NCBI RefSeq assembly: GCF_006345805.1 | Contig: NC_043002.1 | Location: 70,680,001-70,744,000 of the forward strand | Direction: 5' to 3' | DNA length: 64,000 bases | Source of the DNA: Octopus sinensis | Lineage: Eukaryota | In this document: positions 38,290 through 52,670 of the stretch, piece by piece | How the letters are laid out: each line of letters starts with the position of its first letter | Position numbering within the stretch: position 1 is the first letter of the stretch | Made by a program: the position numbers and the translations under genes | Notes under the pieces: model-generated | Told to the model about the DNA's origin: nothing | Database searches by the model: none | Seen by the model: only the letters and a program-made list of their open reading frames with translations

Positions 38290-40135
38290 AGACCAATGCG
38301 AGAATAACAATCAAACAGGCTGATAAAGGGAGTGCATATGTCTTAAAGGACACGGTATTCTATGTGACTCTAGTACTGTCCATATTGAAAGTCACAACAC
38401 ATTATGAAGAGGCCCAACACTACAGGCAGCAGAAAATAACGAGAGACTTAAAATCCATGTTAAACCTATACAGAGAAGGTCTCACAACAAAGAATATGAC
38501 TATATGATCAATTTCAAAAGTAAAACCAGTCAATTCTACGGTATTCCCAAAATACAGAAAAGTAAGAAAATAAGTAACGCATGCAAGGTAGCCACAGACA
38601 TGATAATTAAAGTCCCTACTCCTAATGACCTCAAATTGAGACCTATAATAGCAGGTCCAGCATGCGAGGCTCACCACCTCAGTAACGTTTTAGATACCCT
38701 CTTAAAACCATTCCTCAAGTATGTCAAAAGCTGTATAAGAGACGACCTGGATATGCTCAATCACCTTCCTGAAACAATAAACAAAAAAACCCTACTAGTA
38801 TCCTTCGGTGTAGTCAACCTCTATTCAATATTCCCCATAACCTAGGAATAGAGGCAATTCAATTATGCCTAGAGAATTACGCCAACAAACTCCCACATCG
38901 TATCAAAAAGGAATTCGTGATAGAAATTCCAAGCAATTATAAATGGACTTGACGTAAACATTCAATTCACGATGAGAAATAGCCATGAACAACTTCCCTT
39001 CCTTGACATCTTCATTAAGAAATCTACCAACGTAATAGAAACAGATATATACTATAAGCCCACGGATATACGCACTAATCTGCTCTGGGTGTCAAGAGCA
39101 ATACATAGGCCAAACAAAAATCACTCTAGGTAAAAAGATGGATCTGCACAGATCCCATATTAAAATTCCCCAAAACAGAAAAATAGCATTCAGCCAACAC
39201 ATCGACATTTGTGCCAATAACAAAAATCGAAGCTTCAGAGTTTGTCCCCTCTACCAATTCAGGGACGATACAACCTGTAGCCAACGTTTTTGTGAAGAGA
39301 CTCTCTTTATTAAAAAATACAGACCCATTTTGAAGGCATCTACAACAAACGGCATCTACACCACGGCCTTAGAATAACACATACACACACAAAAATATTA
39401 AAAATGATACACTCAAGAGATTTCCAAGTATTCATTAAAAATAATCCGAATCACTGCTATAATGAGTCACTTTTACGTCACTTGACCATTTAACATCCTA
39501 CAACTATCATACCAACTGCATTCCTTCTTATTCTCCCTTCTCTTTCTCCTTCTTCTTCGTCTTCTTCCTCACCGCCACCCCCTTCTTAACTTTACCATTA
39601 TTGCTCTTTAGAATAACACCTACGCACATTTTATAAACAAAACATTCAAGAGATGTCTCAAGAATTCTATCACTCCTACCATCCACAAGAAGTCACTTTC
39701 AGGGCACTTGACCATTTAACATTCTACTACTATCATGGCACTGACGCATTCTTCTTCTCCTCCTCCTTCTTCTTCTTCTTCTTCTTCTTCTCCTCCCCCT
39801 CCTCCTTCTTTTTCTTCTTCTCTGTCAAGAGTTTACAACAACCTCGAACCCACGAGAGTAAACAAGAGAGACAGAGATAGGCAGAAACAAAGAAAATGCC
39901 CTATGTATTTGAATACTATGCAAATATTCTTTTAAAAAACTTTTCTTTTAATTTTTCCAAAATTTAATTGTTTTCCATACTTACAGTTGAAAATGTCTCA
40001 ATGACTGAAACCGGTACTGAAATATTTCTTATAAAATTAGTTTAGCATTTTCTACCTTGACTTTTTTCCATATATGATTATAATTAGGGGTCAGCTAATT
40101 GCTTCACCACATACCGATGTGTTCTTCGGTGTTTC
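38290..40135 (+). mobile_element. Internally deleted PLE (RT + GIY-YIG) with terminal region containing a hammerhead motif (39980-40022)
   Basis: IKQADKGSA, FYGIPKI, LRPIIAG, IRDDLD, LVSFGVVNLYS, LPFLDI, TDIYYKPTD, CSGCQEQYIGQT. Ribozyme motif: CAG TTGAAAA TGTC TCAAT GACT GAAA C CG G TA CTG. Confidence 0.9.
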
Positions 40136-40139
40136 ACAT

Positions 40140-43100
40140 ATGAATACATTGAAATATTTGCATGTTTGTTGGTTTCTAGTATTGAACTGAGATTTGCATA
40201 AATTATTCCATACAGAGGATTCCATCGCAATACTTGTAGTATAATTCATCAAGCTCATGAGCTGGTATAAAACAACAGGGGTAAAATATCAAGTATTGAA
40301 TACATAATAAATACTTCTAAATTTTCATAAATTTTTATTCTGGATATCGATTTTGTATTGTACGAAGTTGGATTCAACGTTGGCTTTGCAATGGTAATTA
40401 TGGCGTTAACTCTCTCCCGAAAAAATGAAATGAAAGTTTGGCACAGAACGTGAAATAGTGAAACGAAATATTGTAATGAATATATATTCGCTTATTTAAA
40501 TATTAGCTGGCCAATTGTAAATTACTCTTGCTTTAATGTGGGGGGAGAGAAACAAAGAGTATAACTTCGAAAGGAGTGATATTCTTAATTAAAAAATACA
40601 ATGCATTGATACTTTGAAGAAGGATAACTAAAATCTGGTTTGTTTGTCTACCGTATTTATTATGAGAATACAAAATACATGAATTTTGTCGATTCAAAGC
40701 TAACAAATATCATTCGACAACGGTTTCCTTATATCCATATTCACTCCAGAGCTTAACCAATGCTCATTGCTTTTATAACATTCTTTGGACATTCCACATG
40801 TTACCTGTTTACGATCATCCGGGTGTGAGCGCAATTTGATGTCGAATACACTCATTCGTAAGCAGTAGTGTCTATACAGCTATCCACGAGCAACCACCAA
40901 GGACTGCACATTATAGCGATATGATCAAATGTAACTTCATCATGTGCTTAATACACGGGAACTTTTATGGATTAATATACAAAAATGTATGAGTTACACA
41001 ATATGCAATTTTAGGTTTCTTTTGAATAGGGATAAAGTATCAGTTTATTGAGTGCAGAAAATTACAATTTATGATGTTAACGTTCATCAAAGGGATAATA
41101 CAAATTTAGCAAATGAAATACAAATGATGCAACTCTGAATTTGCATGCCGGTGGCTTGCATCTGATTTTCAGAAAGGAATGTGTACATGTAAGTAAATAA
41201 CAACAAGTGTATACCTCGATTTTTGTCGTCGAAAGTCAGGGAAATATTCGACACGACCTATCTGATATATGTTTATCCTTGTTGAAATAAACATTGTATT
41301 ACACTGAAAATTTAGAAGGCCGAGAAAATTCCAGTTTCCATTAATGGGAACCTCCTTTGCTTCGTCTGACAACTAACCTTTGTTCACAAAATATTAAGAA
41401 AAAATGAAGGGAGACTATTTTTAACAGATCTGCCGTAAATATCTGCCATATCTACAAGTGTAATGCATTTGAATCTATTCCCCGATATTCGTCAGTTAAA
41501 ATATCGTCTTTAATTTCTGTTGAGCTTATCATGATAGCATTGATTTGTATATGCCTCTTTTTCAGCTAGTCATGGACAACACATAATGTTGGCTTTTATC
41601 TGAGGATGAGCTGGTATCGTATCCAAGTTTTATCTCTCATTCACTTAATGCTTAATAATTCATAGTTAGTCTGGAGCTTGTATGTATATTTCTATAACTA
41701 GCTTCAACGATTCTCGATTGGCTTTTAACTAAAATAGATTTCTGTGTTATATGAACACAGAAATATTTCTTAATGAATAGAAGACAATTCAACGTTAGTC
41801 AACAGAACTCCACCAACTGTATCTTTCACTAATCTCTGTTCTTAAATTGATGTGACTTCCTTAATCCTCACTCATGAATACTGGAGACTATATGTAGTTT
41901 CAGCTGTTCTAGCTTCTGAATAGATAATGAAGCGGTTATCAAATCTTAGACGATAAGAATTTCATAGTAAAGCTAACCTTTCTGGCTTAAGATGTCAGCT
42001 AATATTGTGATATTGTTAAACTGGTATTGTATGACTTATCACTGTACACGTTATACGAAATTATGAGTTGACAAAAAATAAATATTTTATGCATGGGGAG
42101 ATGTGACTCTGTCTTTGTCGAAGTACACATATACTGCGATGATCTGATCATTATGTATCTAAACGTGAAATGCAATTTTAATAATCAAAAGCAATATTTT
42201 CGAGATATTAATCTACCGAAATTTAAACTATTGGGTAAACTATTCACTCGGATTGAAGTGATTAATATTAAGATGTTAATACGTGATAGAATTCCATGTC
42301 AGAGCAAACTACAACTTTTTAATTATTCTAACTCGAAAACATTTGTTTCCCCGTGTTATCGCAAAAGGAAACAAATGTGTTTGCTTGAGACAGAACACGT
42401 TATCAGAAACCATTGGGTTGTAACATTACTTACTATCGCAGCTAAAACGCACTGTTGATGAACAGGTGTCGTTATGCAACTAATAAGTGTCATGATAAAT
42501 ATTTGCAGTGCAGTTTTAAATATTTAGAGCCAGTTTATGTTTTACAGATAACGAATAAATCGTTGAGTTCAAATCTCTTACATTAAAAAATGTATTTCTT
42601 AATAATGAATCAGAAATAGTGTACCAATATATTCATCGGTTACAAATTTTATATGAAATTAAGATTCTTCGTAGATGTCTCAGACTGAGAAAAGAAAATA
42701 ACATGGAATGTAAGTCTTTTTTTAGAAAGTGGGTGATTCTCTTTGTCACAAATGTTGCTTATACTAAGGATAATAATCACACGAAAGAAAAATCATATTC
42801 TGTTCATTACTCTGAAATCGAATAAAACATTGAGTGATCGAACGTTAAATCTAACAAAATATCCGACAGGAGTGTGAGTTTTTATTTTCCTGGATAAATA
42901 GAAAAGTCAGTGATTGATTCAAGAGAGCCGAGGTTTGAGAGATGTAGTTTACACTATGTTACGTATAAATGCATTGAAATGCATGTATGTTTCTTCGTTG
43001 TTAGTATTGAACTGAGAATTGTATAATAATTTTACTTACAGAGAATTGCATTTCAATACTTGTAGCATATTCAAACTAATTTCATGACCTGATATATAAC

Positions 43101-43330
43101 AACAGGGTAAATTACCGACAATTGTATACATAATGAATAGCTTTAAACTTCTTATTGAACGGTGTTGATTCAAATTTGGTTGAATAGTGGCAATTTTTGC
43201 GCTGATTCTCTCCCGAAAAGATGAAATGTAAGGTGGAGTTTAGAACGTAAAATATTAATGTATATATCGGCGTTCATTTAAATATTAGATGGCCAATTGA
43301 AAATTACGCTTGCTTTAATATGTAAGGAGA
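40140..43330. repeat. Local tandem-paralogous blocks, units 2-3 (period ~2.8 kb)
   Basis: 40140-40530 matches 42965-43330; 40560-41460 matches 50735-51650; 41560-43030 matches 23900-25420. Confidence 0.85.
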
Positions 43331-43671
43331 CAAACATCAATTATTTTGTCTTAAGAAAACATTGTATTTACTTAAATAAACGCTTTTCTTTAATAAGTAT
43401 CTATCTAATATACATCCACTAAAAAGGATGTTTCACATATTCATTTGGAATTTATGCTTCCCTTTTTACGGCAAGGACTCTATATTTTATTGAAATATTA
43501 GTAAACAATCCAGATGATATAAAAATCAAAATCTAAGTGATTACTGAATAAATTATGACTATCCTTTTTGAAGTAATGATGGAATAAAATGCGTATTCTA
43601 TGAGTTGAAAAAAAAATGTTAGCCGTCATTCTGGAGTACATGATACTTTCTCTCTCTTTATACATACATGT

Positions 43672-43709
<38 letters not shown>

Positions 43710-43937
43710 TTATATCCGTTAAGTTAGTCTACAGGAAACGTACACATGGATATGCATATAACAGGTCCTATTTTATTATCTCGTTTACAGCCTAATGACA
43801 CCAACTGGTAATAGAAGTATTTGGGGTTTGCAACGACCTGTGCCGATATAATGTAGGATAAATATAGTAAATATATATATATATATATACATATATATAG
43901 TAAATATATATACACACACACATATATATATATACAC

Positions 43938-43986
<49 letters not shown>

Positions 43987-44024
43987 TATATATATATATA
44001 TACATAAATAAATATATATATATA

Positions 44025-44411
<387 letters not shown>

Positions 44412-44419
44412 AGAAGGAG

Positions 44420-45110
44420 AGAGAGAAAATATAAGGGTTTTAGCTAACTCGTGATCTGAACGAATAGGTATGCTGGGTAAGTGCTATAGTTGATCGACTA
44501 TTAGCTTCAAAGATCACAGGTAAATCTGGATCCGTGTTACGGTTCCGTTAAAGCATGTACATATAATATTAGAAGACACATTTAAACCAAGGCAGAACGA
44601 GTATCGCAAGTCCTGTAGAATAATTTGATTAGGGTAAGGTTCATTTGATGTGTTACAGGTGTTTCTGAGATAACCCAAGTGATATGTTAGCATATCTGTG
44701 CACTGGGTATTGCGTCATCAGAGACAAGGTATGAATATTTTAGATGGGAAAAACTTATCTTTTACCACATACTTGCCCCTCTGACCTCTATCTTATTTTA
44801 TTTTGTTCTCTTTCTCCTCTCCCGTACATTCTCATTTACAAATGCCATATAGGATATATCTACCATTACTTCATCTTTTCTTTTATTATTTTCATTATTA
44901 TTATTTTTATTTATATTTTTGTTAGTTTTTAATTTTTTATTTTATTCTTATTTTTCTCTTTTACCACTCTCATGTTTTCTAATCCTTCCTTTCTCTCTTT
45001 CCCACCCTCTCAATCTCTCTCATACACCCACTCAAAAAAACTCATTTATGTCCATACTTTCTCGCTCTATATGCTCATTTACAATATCGATACATCATTC
45101 ATAAGACCTT
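44420..45110 (-). mobile_element. PLE-type terminal-repeat fragment with hammerhead motif (44650-44725)
   Basis: Minus strand CTGATGA...long stem II...GAAA CACCTG TA; homologous to 48740-48895 on +. Confidence 0.65.
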
Positions 45111-45989
45111 CATGGAAGTACCGACCGAATTATTATAACTCCATGTAGTTGTAAAAATTCTTGACTGGAAACGAAAAGATAATACATTGTTGTGTTATAT
45201 GAACTCATCTTTTACTCTCCTCAACTATTAAATAGGTGAGACATCCTTAACCCCAAGTCACGAATATTGGACACAATATACAGCAACAGCTGTTTCAGCT
45301 TGAGAATAGATAGTGAAGCGATTATCAAATGAAATACAACAAGAACAGAAATAAACACGTTGAGAATAATAAGAGAAAAAAATGATACTAATTATAGATT
45401 CTCCCTGATCGTACACGAGTCTATTCACAAATACTGTTCATAGTCCCCCCCCCTTGATTTTTCTCAAAGTCAAGGTCACTGTTCGCAAATTCCATCAACA
45501 ACATAGTAGACATTTGAACTTTTTTTGACCGATCGGACTTCATCCCACTTTATAAAAAGTAGTAGTTGCTGCTACAGCTACTACTACTGCTGCTATCAGA
45601 AATTACTACTACTACTACTGCTTCAATTAGAAACATACAAGTTGACGGTGACATCGAGATGTTTTCCCCGTGTCTGAATTATACCAGTGGCACCAATGAA
45701 AAATCCCTTTCTTTTTTCTTTGTTGGGAGAAAAGAGAATTTGCAGTAAAAACAAACATTCATCCCTCCCTCCAGCGTATAAATTACTTTAAAAACATATT
45801 TTAAAAGAGAAAAACGTAAAAAAAAATTAAATTAAATTAACGAAAGATAAAAACATGAGCCTTCTCGCACATAAACACATTTATTCATACATATACAAAC
45901 ATACGCAGGCGCAAATATTGAAGTACTAAATGGCACAACAAATGATATTTAACCGTGTGGAGCATTTTACATGCATATCAATATTCTAA

Positions 45990-48551
45990 AGTTGGACCTA
46001 CTATTCCTTATCCTAAAGCTACTTCAGATAACTAGGAAGGGTTCCTGACTCGTTTCACTGTCTGCTTTCAGTCTTAGTTTATGATTTGGTTCAGCCCAAA
46101 CTTTCTCAGATTTTGTCTGCTGTTGCCTACTCCTACAAGGATTGCAGCTGTTTTTGTTCCTGCTTTAACTCAGATTTGTCCTAGAGCCCCTGGCAGATAT
46201 AGAAGATTGTTTTTCTCAACCATCTATCATGTCAGCTACCTACAAATCGAAACTGAGATCTGCGAAAAGGGCTCGCTCTGCTGATCCTATTTTGGAGAAT
46301 TCGGTTGGTGAGGCGATCGGTGATATCAGGCTTTCACATGGGGGCCCTGAAATCAGGACTTCTCATCAGGATGATGGTCCTATCAACAGACATCTCAACG
46401 GACTGTTGCTGTTGCTCAAACAAGAGGTCGAGCACCTAAAGTCTGTTGTTGCTCATTTACTGAATAAACAGGCGGAATCCCATTGGAAGTCTCCTATTGA
46501 CGCAGAGCCACCTTTGATTTCTTCCCTATAGACGTCCAAACTGAAGGGATCAAAATCGAAGTGGTCAAAAAAGGCGAAGGAACCAGCGGACGTTTCCACA
46601 CATGATCATATCTGTGCGTATTCTTCCTCATCTGCCATTTCGGTCCCGGAGTTTCCCCAACCTGAATTGAGGATCGTAAACTCAAACCCACCTGAAGACA
46701 GTTGTTCTCCTAAAAAGAAGAAACGTAGTCAAAACTCTAGTGGGGCAGATTTAGCTGCGAAACCTGCTCAAGATAAAATCTGTTTGGATTCTCCCTCATT
46801 TGTCCTTCCCATCAATGCCATTGCTCAACCAATTCTGAAATATCTTGATGTGAGTTCATCTGGGGAGTGGTGCTTCTCCAAACCGAAGAGGAGGCAGTGC
46901 AGTTCCAAACCAGGCGGGAAATTTATGACCACTAGACCCATTCTGATCGACTTCAAAGGCCTACATAAGTTTGATGGCTATGAAACCACCATTTCTAAAT
47001 TATCCGATGAAGAATCGAATGCTGCAGCTCATAGTAGAGAACAGAAAGAGCATTTTGCCCACTCAAGATCAGCAATCATTTATGGTAAAGCTGAATCCAC
47101 CTGTGATACAGGCATAAACCGCCTAAAAGATGACATAAATTTTGTTCCCGTTTTAGTTGGAGAATTGTTCTCTGTCAACGAAAATGTCAGTATCCATAAA
47201 GTCGCTAGGCTAGGAAGATTCCAAGTGAACTCAACCTCAGACACTAGACCACGCCCAATAAGAGTAATCTTTTCTTCCGATCAAGAGGCTTCAACCTTTC
47301 TGAACAGAGCTCAGAAGCATGCCTAGGAGGACCCCAATATGGGTTTTCGTGAGGAATACTCACTGAGAGAGAGAATTCGCCGGAGAAACCTAATATCCGA
47401 ACTGAAGATGAGAAAACAGATGGAAGAGAAGGGTTTACGCATCCAAGATGGACAAATAATCAAGTCCTATCTCTGGTCGCATGCTGTAGTGCTGACAGGG
47501 AAAGGGAATCGACGGCAAATCGAAGTAAAGTAGATACCCCCGACAACGATGCTATCTCTGATACCCCTTATTCTGCTTGTTCCCTAATTCCCGCCCCTCA
47601 AACTTCACAGCTCAGCATCGTCTATACCAACTCGTGCTCCTTATTTCCAAAGTTCAGCGAATTATTTACACTGGCCATGCGTGATTCCCCAGATGTGATA
47701 GCTATCACCGAGACTTGGCTGACTCCAGCAGTAAAGGACTCGGAAACCACCAAGTTTGGAGAAGGTCTAACGAATGAGACCTGTGTCTGAACGTGTCAAA
47801 GTGCTGTCATCTGCCTGTTGGCTCTTCTCCTGCAACTCAAGTTGATTTCGAGCCGGGTCGTCTGCTGCTGGAGAGGACCGACCAGATAAAGGACCTGGGT
47901 ATCTTGGTGGATTATTCCTTTTAGCCCTCGGCCCAGTGCGTCCATGCTGCCAACAAAGCACGCGGAGTTCTGTTTTTGATTCGACGGTCATTCGGAATGC
48001 ACACAGCAGCCATATTCCTACCGCTCTATGTCACTCTGGTGAGACCCATATTGGAGTCTCCTTATCTCCCCAAAGACATACATCATCTCGAAAGAGTCCA
48101 GAGGCTGGCTACCCGCATGGTTCTTGGTCTCAAGCATTTGTCTTATGAAAAAAGGCTGAAGACGCTCGACTTTTATTCTCTAGAAAAACGACGACGTCGT
48201 GGTGATCTCATGCTTGCTCACAACATCATAAGCAGAAAGTGTAACCTCTCGAAAGAGCTGTTCTTCATTCCTGCTCCAGAGCGTCGGCTGCGGGGTCACT
48301 CCGAAAAGCTCTATCTCGATGATTTCATCTCAATCGAAGGAGAGGGGCTTTCTCCGTCCGGGTTGCGGATCCGTGGAATAAGCTGCCGGACGAGATAGTG
48401 AAGATGCCGACGACCGCTCGGTTCAAAGTCTCCCTTGACCACAAATAGCCTGAACTCTTTGCATGAACACCACCCTGTATATAACTCCATGTCCCCCTAT
48501 ATGGCCTTGCTTTTTGCTTTTTGAGCCCCAAAATTAACTTAACTTAACTTA
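45990..48551 (+). mobile_element. Second CR1-type LINE, internally deleted (most of EN and all of RT missing)
   Basis: ORF1 relic (RSAIIYGKAES...RLGRF...RPRPIRVIF). The ORF2 start YTNSCSL...PDVIAITETWL is joined at ~47748 to LNVSKC...IKDLGILVD...LYVTLVRPILE...LERVQRLATR...YSLEKRRRRGDL. Ends in an (AACTT)n tail. Confidence 0.9.
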
Positions 48552-48559
48552 AGAACGAC

Positions 48560-48900
48560 ATAATAAAATTAATCTCTTCGGCTGAAGACCTCTGGAAAAC
48601 GATGAGTTGTTAACATTATTCACACACACCTATATTCTTCCGACAACATTTACTCTTTATTCTTCTATTTTACTACTTTATTCTATTTTATTCCTTATGA
48701 ACTATGTTATTCACTGTAAACTGTAAATTTTCCATGTCTAGAATATTCATAACTTGTATCTGATGACAGTACACAGATATGCTAACCAACCACTTGGGAT
48801 ATCCCAGAAGCAGCTGTAAGGTTTCAAATTCACCTTACCCTAATTAGATTATTGCAAATGACCAGAGATACTCGTTCTGCCTTGGTTTTTAATTTTTACC
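48560..48900 (+). mobile_element. PLE-type terminal-repeat fragment with degenerate hammerhead (48755-48822)
   Basis: CTGATGA...GAAG CAGCTG TA; homologous to 44580-44740. Confidence 0.6.
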
Positions 48901-48921
48901 TCCAATATATATATATTTATA

Positions 48922-49029
48922 TTTATATTAAGGGTATTACTATACATAAATGCCTCACGCTCGAAGGACAGATTTTAAGAGTCCCTTCTAGTGTGAGGCA
49001 TTTATGTATAGTAATGCCCTTAATATAAA
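48922..49029 (+). repeat. Long hairpin/foldback (~47-nt arms)
   Basis: TTTATATTAAGGGTATTACTATACATAAATGCCTCACGCT / AGTGTGAGGCATTTATGTATAGTAATGCCCTTAATATAAA, continuing inward with GAAGG-AC / GT-CCCTTC. Confidence 0.9.
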
Positions 49030-49744
49030 AAAATATATTTAAGAGGAAAAGTTGATGGATTTTTCCCTTATGAGGTTTTTCACGCTAACTACTTGATAAA
49101 TTCTTATAAAGATTTTATCCTATTTTTCAATTGTAAATTTAACCGGAATATATTCAGTGCTGAATTGTATTTCAAATAAACACGTTGTACAGAGATGCAA
49201 TTCGAAAAGCCCGCCTTTTACATAGATATATAATGGTGAACAATTCTATGTACTACACTGGATATATATCTAGTGTAAGGTTGTGATGTACGAATAAAGA
49301 TTAAATTGCTGTCTTCATACGTTTTATCTTCGTAAGTTAATTGCCTAATAAAAACAACTAAAGTACTGGAATATTCCACATTTACTAATTTAATATTAAA
49401 CCAAGTTCATTCGTATGAGCATCGAAAAAAACATATTCTCCAATGCAGCTTTCATATTTCATTTCGTTTATCCTCACCTCAAAAATTCTCCCTTGTGTTG
49501 GTTACAAATATTATGTAACCTAAAGAATAAATATAGAATGTAAACACGTTATTCAAAATTACTAGGAAATCTAATACAACATAGACTGAGTCAAGAAATC
49601 ACTTTTTATTAAACATGTGGCTGTAGAACGGTGTGTTATTGGCCAAAATAAAAGAAAGTCTGACAAACGATTCAAGAGAGCTGGTATCGAGAGTTTTATT
49701 CTTCAGTGTAAAGTATTTTTATGTAATGTATGTTTGTACGCGTG

Positions 49745-49995
49745 CAGCCACGTGGCTTAGTGGTTAGGGTGTCAGCATTATGATCGTAAGATTATGGTTT
49801 CGATTCCTGAACCGGGCGACGCGTTGTGTTCTTGAGCAAAACACTCCATTTCATGTTGCTCCAGTCCACTTAGTTGGGAAAAATGAATAACGCTGCGACG
49901 GACTGGCGTCCCGTCCAACTGGGGAACACATACGCCATTGAAACCGGGCCCATGATCCTGGCTAGGCTTTAAAAGGCACGTTTATTTATCTATTT
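49745..49995 (+). mobile_element. tRNA-derived SINE (C-type head)
   Basis: CACGTGGCTTAGTGGTTAGGG...GGTTTCGATTCC...TTGAGCAAAACAC. Confidence 0.8.
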
Positions 49996-51809
49996 ATTTA
50001 TTATGTTTGTACGTATGTAGCACCTAGGTTTCTAGTGAAGTGTTTCTTAAATAGAGTTATTTTGCAATGTTTGTAGTGTATTTAAAAAAACAAAAAAAAC
50101 AACCTGATATTCAGCTCTAAGGTACCATATAATTTCATCAATATTATGAAGATAACTTTAGCTTAGCCCGAAGTTGTATGCAAGACCCGTTGAACAATGG
50201 CAATTTTGGCGTTGATTCTTTCCCAGAAAGATGAAAAATAAGGTAAACTTCGAAACGTGGAACACTGAAATTTCATATTCAGTCTACTTTCTCAGAATGA
50301 TTAATATTACTCTACCACATTCGAATAACAGCTGGTTATTTGAAAAATATCCTTGAGCTAACGAACGAAAAGATATATTAAATATCTAAAATAATAGAAA
50401 GTCATTGCAGAAACTTGAAATGAATTCTCAGCTTTAACAATGTATCCATTAAAAGGACAGCCACAGCTCTTTATTTAGAGATCATTCCTCACATATTTTC
50501 CAAGCTTTCTATATGGTATTGAAAGTATATAAATGGCAGTCTAAGATCTTAAAACATCAAAGTTTACGGCTTTTATTTATAAATTATCAATATCCTTGCA
50601 GATAAGTTAACGAAATTTGTTACAGCAGGTGAAGTATAAAACAATGATTATAAATAATTATAAAAACTACTAAAGTTGAATATAAAACGGGATACTTTGT
50701 CACTTCATGTATATACGTGATATAAACAAAAATCATAACTTCAAAAGAGTTGAGAATATTAATTTAAAAGGAACTGAAACATTAATTTTGGTTAGAAGAA
50801 AGCTAATGGGTAATCTAACTCTTCTGTCTACTGAAGATTTTCTGCGAAAATTAGATAGTTGATTTTTGTCTATTTCAACATCTGGCTATGAGCTACATTA
50901 CAAATTAATTCATATACTTTACCATGTCCAATCTCACGAGGCTTAATCAGCCTCGTTGCTTTTGCTACATTCTCGGAGCATTACATACGCTACCCGTTAG
51001 CGAGAACCCATATTTGCGAGCACATTTCAATGTCGTCGTCATTGATTCCTAAACAGTAGCGTCTACACATATACCAACAACCAACCACTCCATATCATAT
51101 CGATAAGATCAAATGTGACTTCATCAAGTGGCTAATATACAGAAAATTTTATGGATTGATATAAGGTCGTGCATGAGTTACACAATATGCAATTATTGAT
51201 ATCTTTCAAGTAGGCACATAGCCTCGGCTTATTGAGGAGAGCAAATTACATTTTATGATGTTCACGTTTTTCAAAGGGATAATATCAATTTAGTAAATGA
51301 AGTACTGATGATACAGTTTTGAAATAGTTTGCCAGTAGCCTTCATCTAGTTTTCTGAAGGGAATTTCTATGTGATTGTCAGGATTATAACTTTATTTCAG
51401 TAACTAACAACCAGAGAATTCTGTTCTTTGTCTTTCGCTCACTGAAAGTCAATAAAATATTGAATACAACCCACCCGTTATAGTTTTCGTCCTTGTAAAG
51501 GAAAACCATTTAACGTACGCAAAATTGGGAACGATTTTTGCATAATCTAGTTTAATTTGAAATTATTAGTATATAGTACTTAACTTCCATTTTCACCAGT
51601 TATTAAAAACAATAAAGAAGATTGTTATATTGTGCCCCGATTTGCTATAAAAAGCTGTTCACTACAATCGACTGGACATTGCTTAATTCATTACATCTGA
51701 GTGAAATATAAACTACAGATTATTATTACTGGAACACATTTGATTATAAACTTTCTTAATAAAGAATAACATGTTTTGAAAAGCACAACAATACATTATA
51801 ATGACAACA

Positions 51810-52670
51810 ATGGACTATAATGACTGGAGTAATTTAATCATCCATAGTCTGATATATTTCGGAATATGAAATTCCTTCTTCAGATATCCCGAGGAATTGA
51901 TGGAGTCGCTGCTATAATCGGTTTTCCAACGGCTTATTTGTTTTCGGAAGCATCTCAGCAGTGGTTTCACGAAGCTCCTCCCGGAATTCCTCTTGAGAAG
52001 TGCGTGAGGCCGGCAATGTCTCAAGCTCGTGTGTGCTGGCTCATCCGTAGCGCTGCTTCTAAGTTATGTATTACAGCTTCCTTTTTTCCCTTTTCCCCTT
52101 ATCTTTTCTTTTTTGTTTTGGTTATAAACAATAAATGAACATGTTAAAAAAAAAGAACCTACACGCGTCTAGTTGTAGCTACATAATATATTGATTACTA
52201 ACGTCCAGCCTGTTGTTAATTTGTGGCCCAAGTCTGTGTACGATTATAGCTTCCTTAATTCTTAAATTACCTAAATTTCTTTCATTAGCCTCAATTGTGA
52301 CTGTTATGCTTTCGTCGGTATTCCGGTACTTGTCTAGATGTATCGCGGAGGAGGAAGATCTCGTGTTCAGATGTTCTTTGATGCGGACGTGTAACGGTTT
52401 TGTGCTCCCCACACAGAACTTGTTGCGTTTGTTACATTGTATTCTATAGACAACATTTACCCGTTGGCATAAATCTGTGTCACGGATGGGAAAATTTGTT
52501 AGTTTGTTAGTTTGTAAGTTTGTTAGCTTGTTAGATTGCGAGGTGTCTTCTCAGAGAGGGGCCATAGTGGGCTAGTTTTATGTCTAGCTCTTCTCTTCTT
52601 ATGGCTCTTCGGATGGCTGTAGTTACCCTCTCGCTAAAATGGGGTATTTTAAGGAAGCAATCCGGGCAAC
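51810..52670 (-). mobile_element. PLE 3' fragment (GIY-YIG) with hammerhead at 51846-51888
   Basis: GSTKPLHVRIKEH...LRIKEAIIVHRLGPQIN. Minus strand: CTGAAGA AGGAAT TTCAT ATTCC GAAA TATA TC. Confidence 0.85.
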
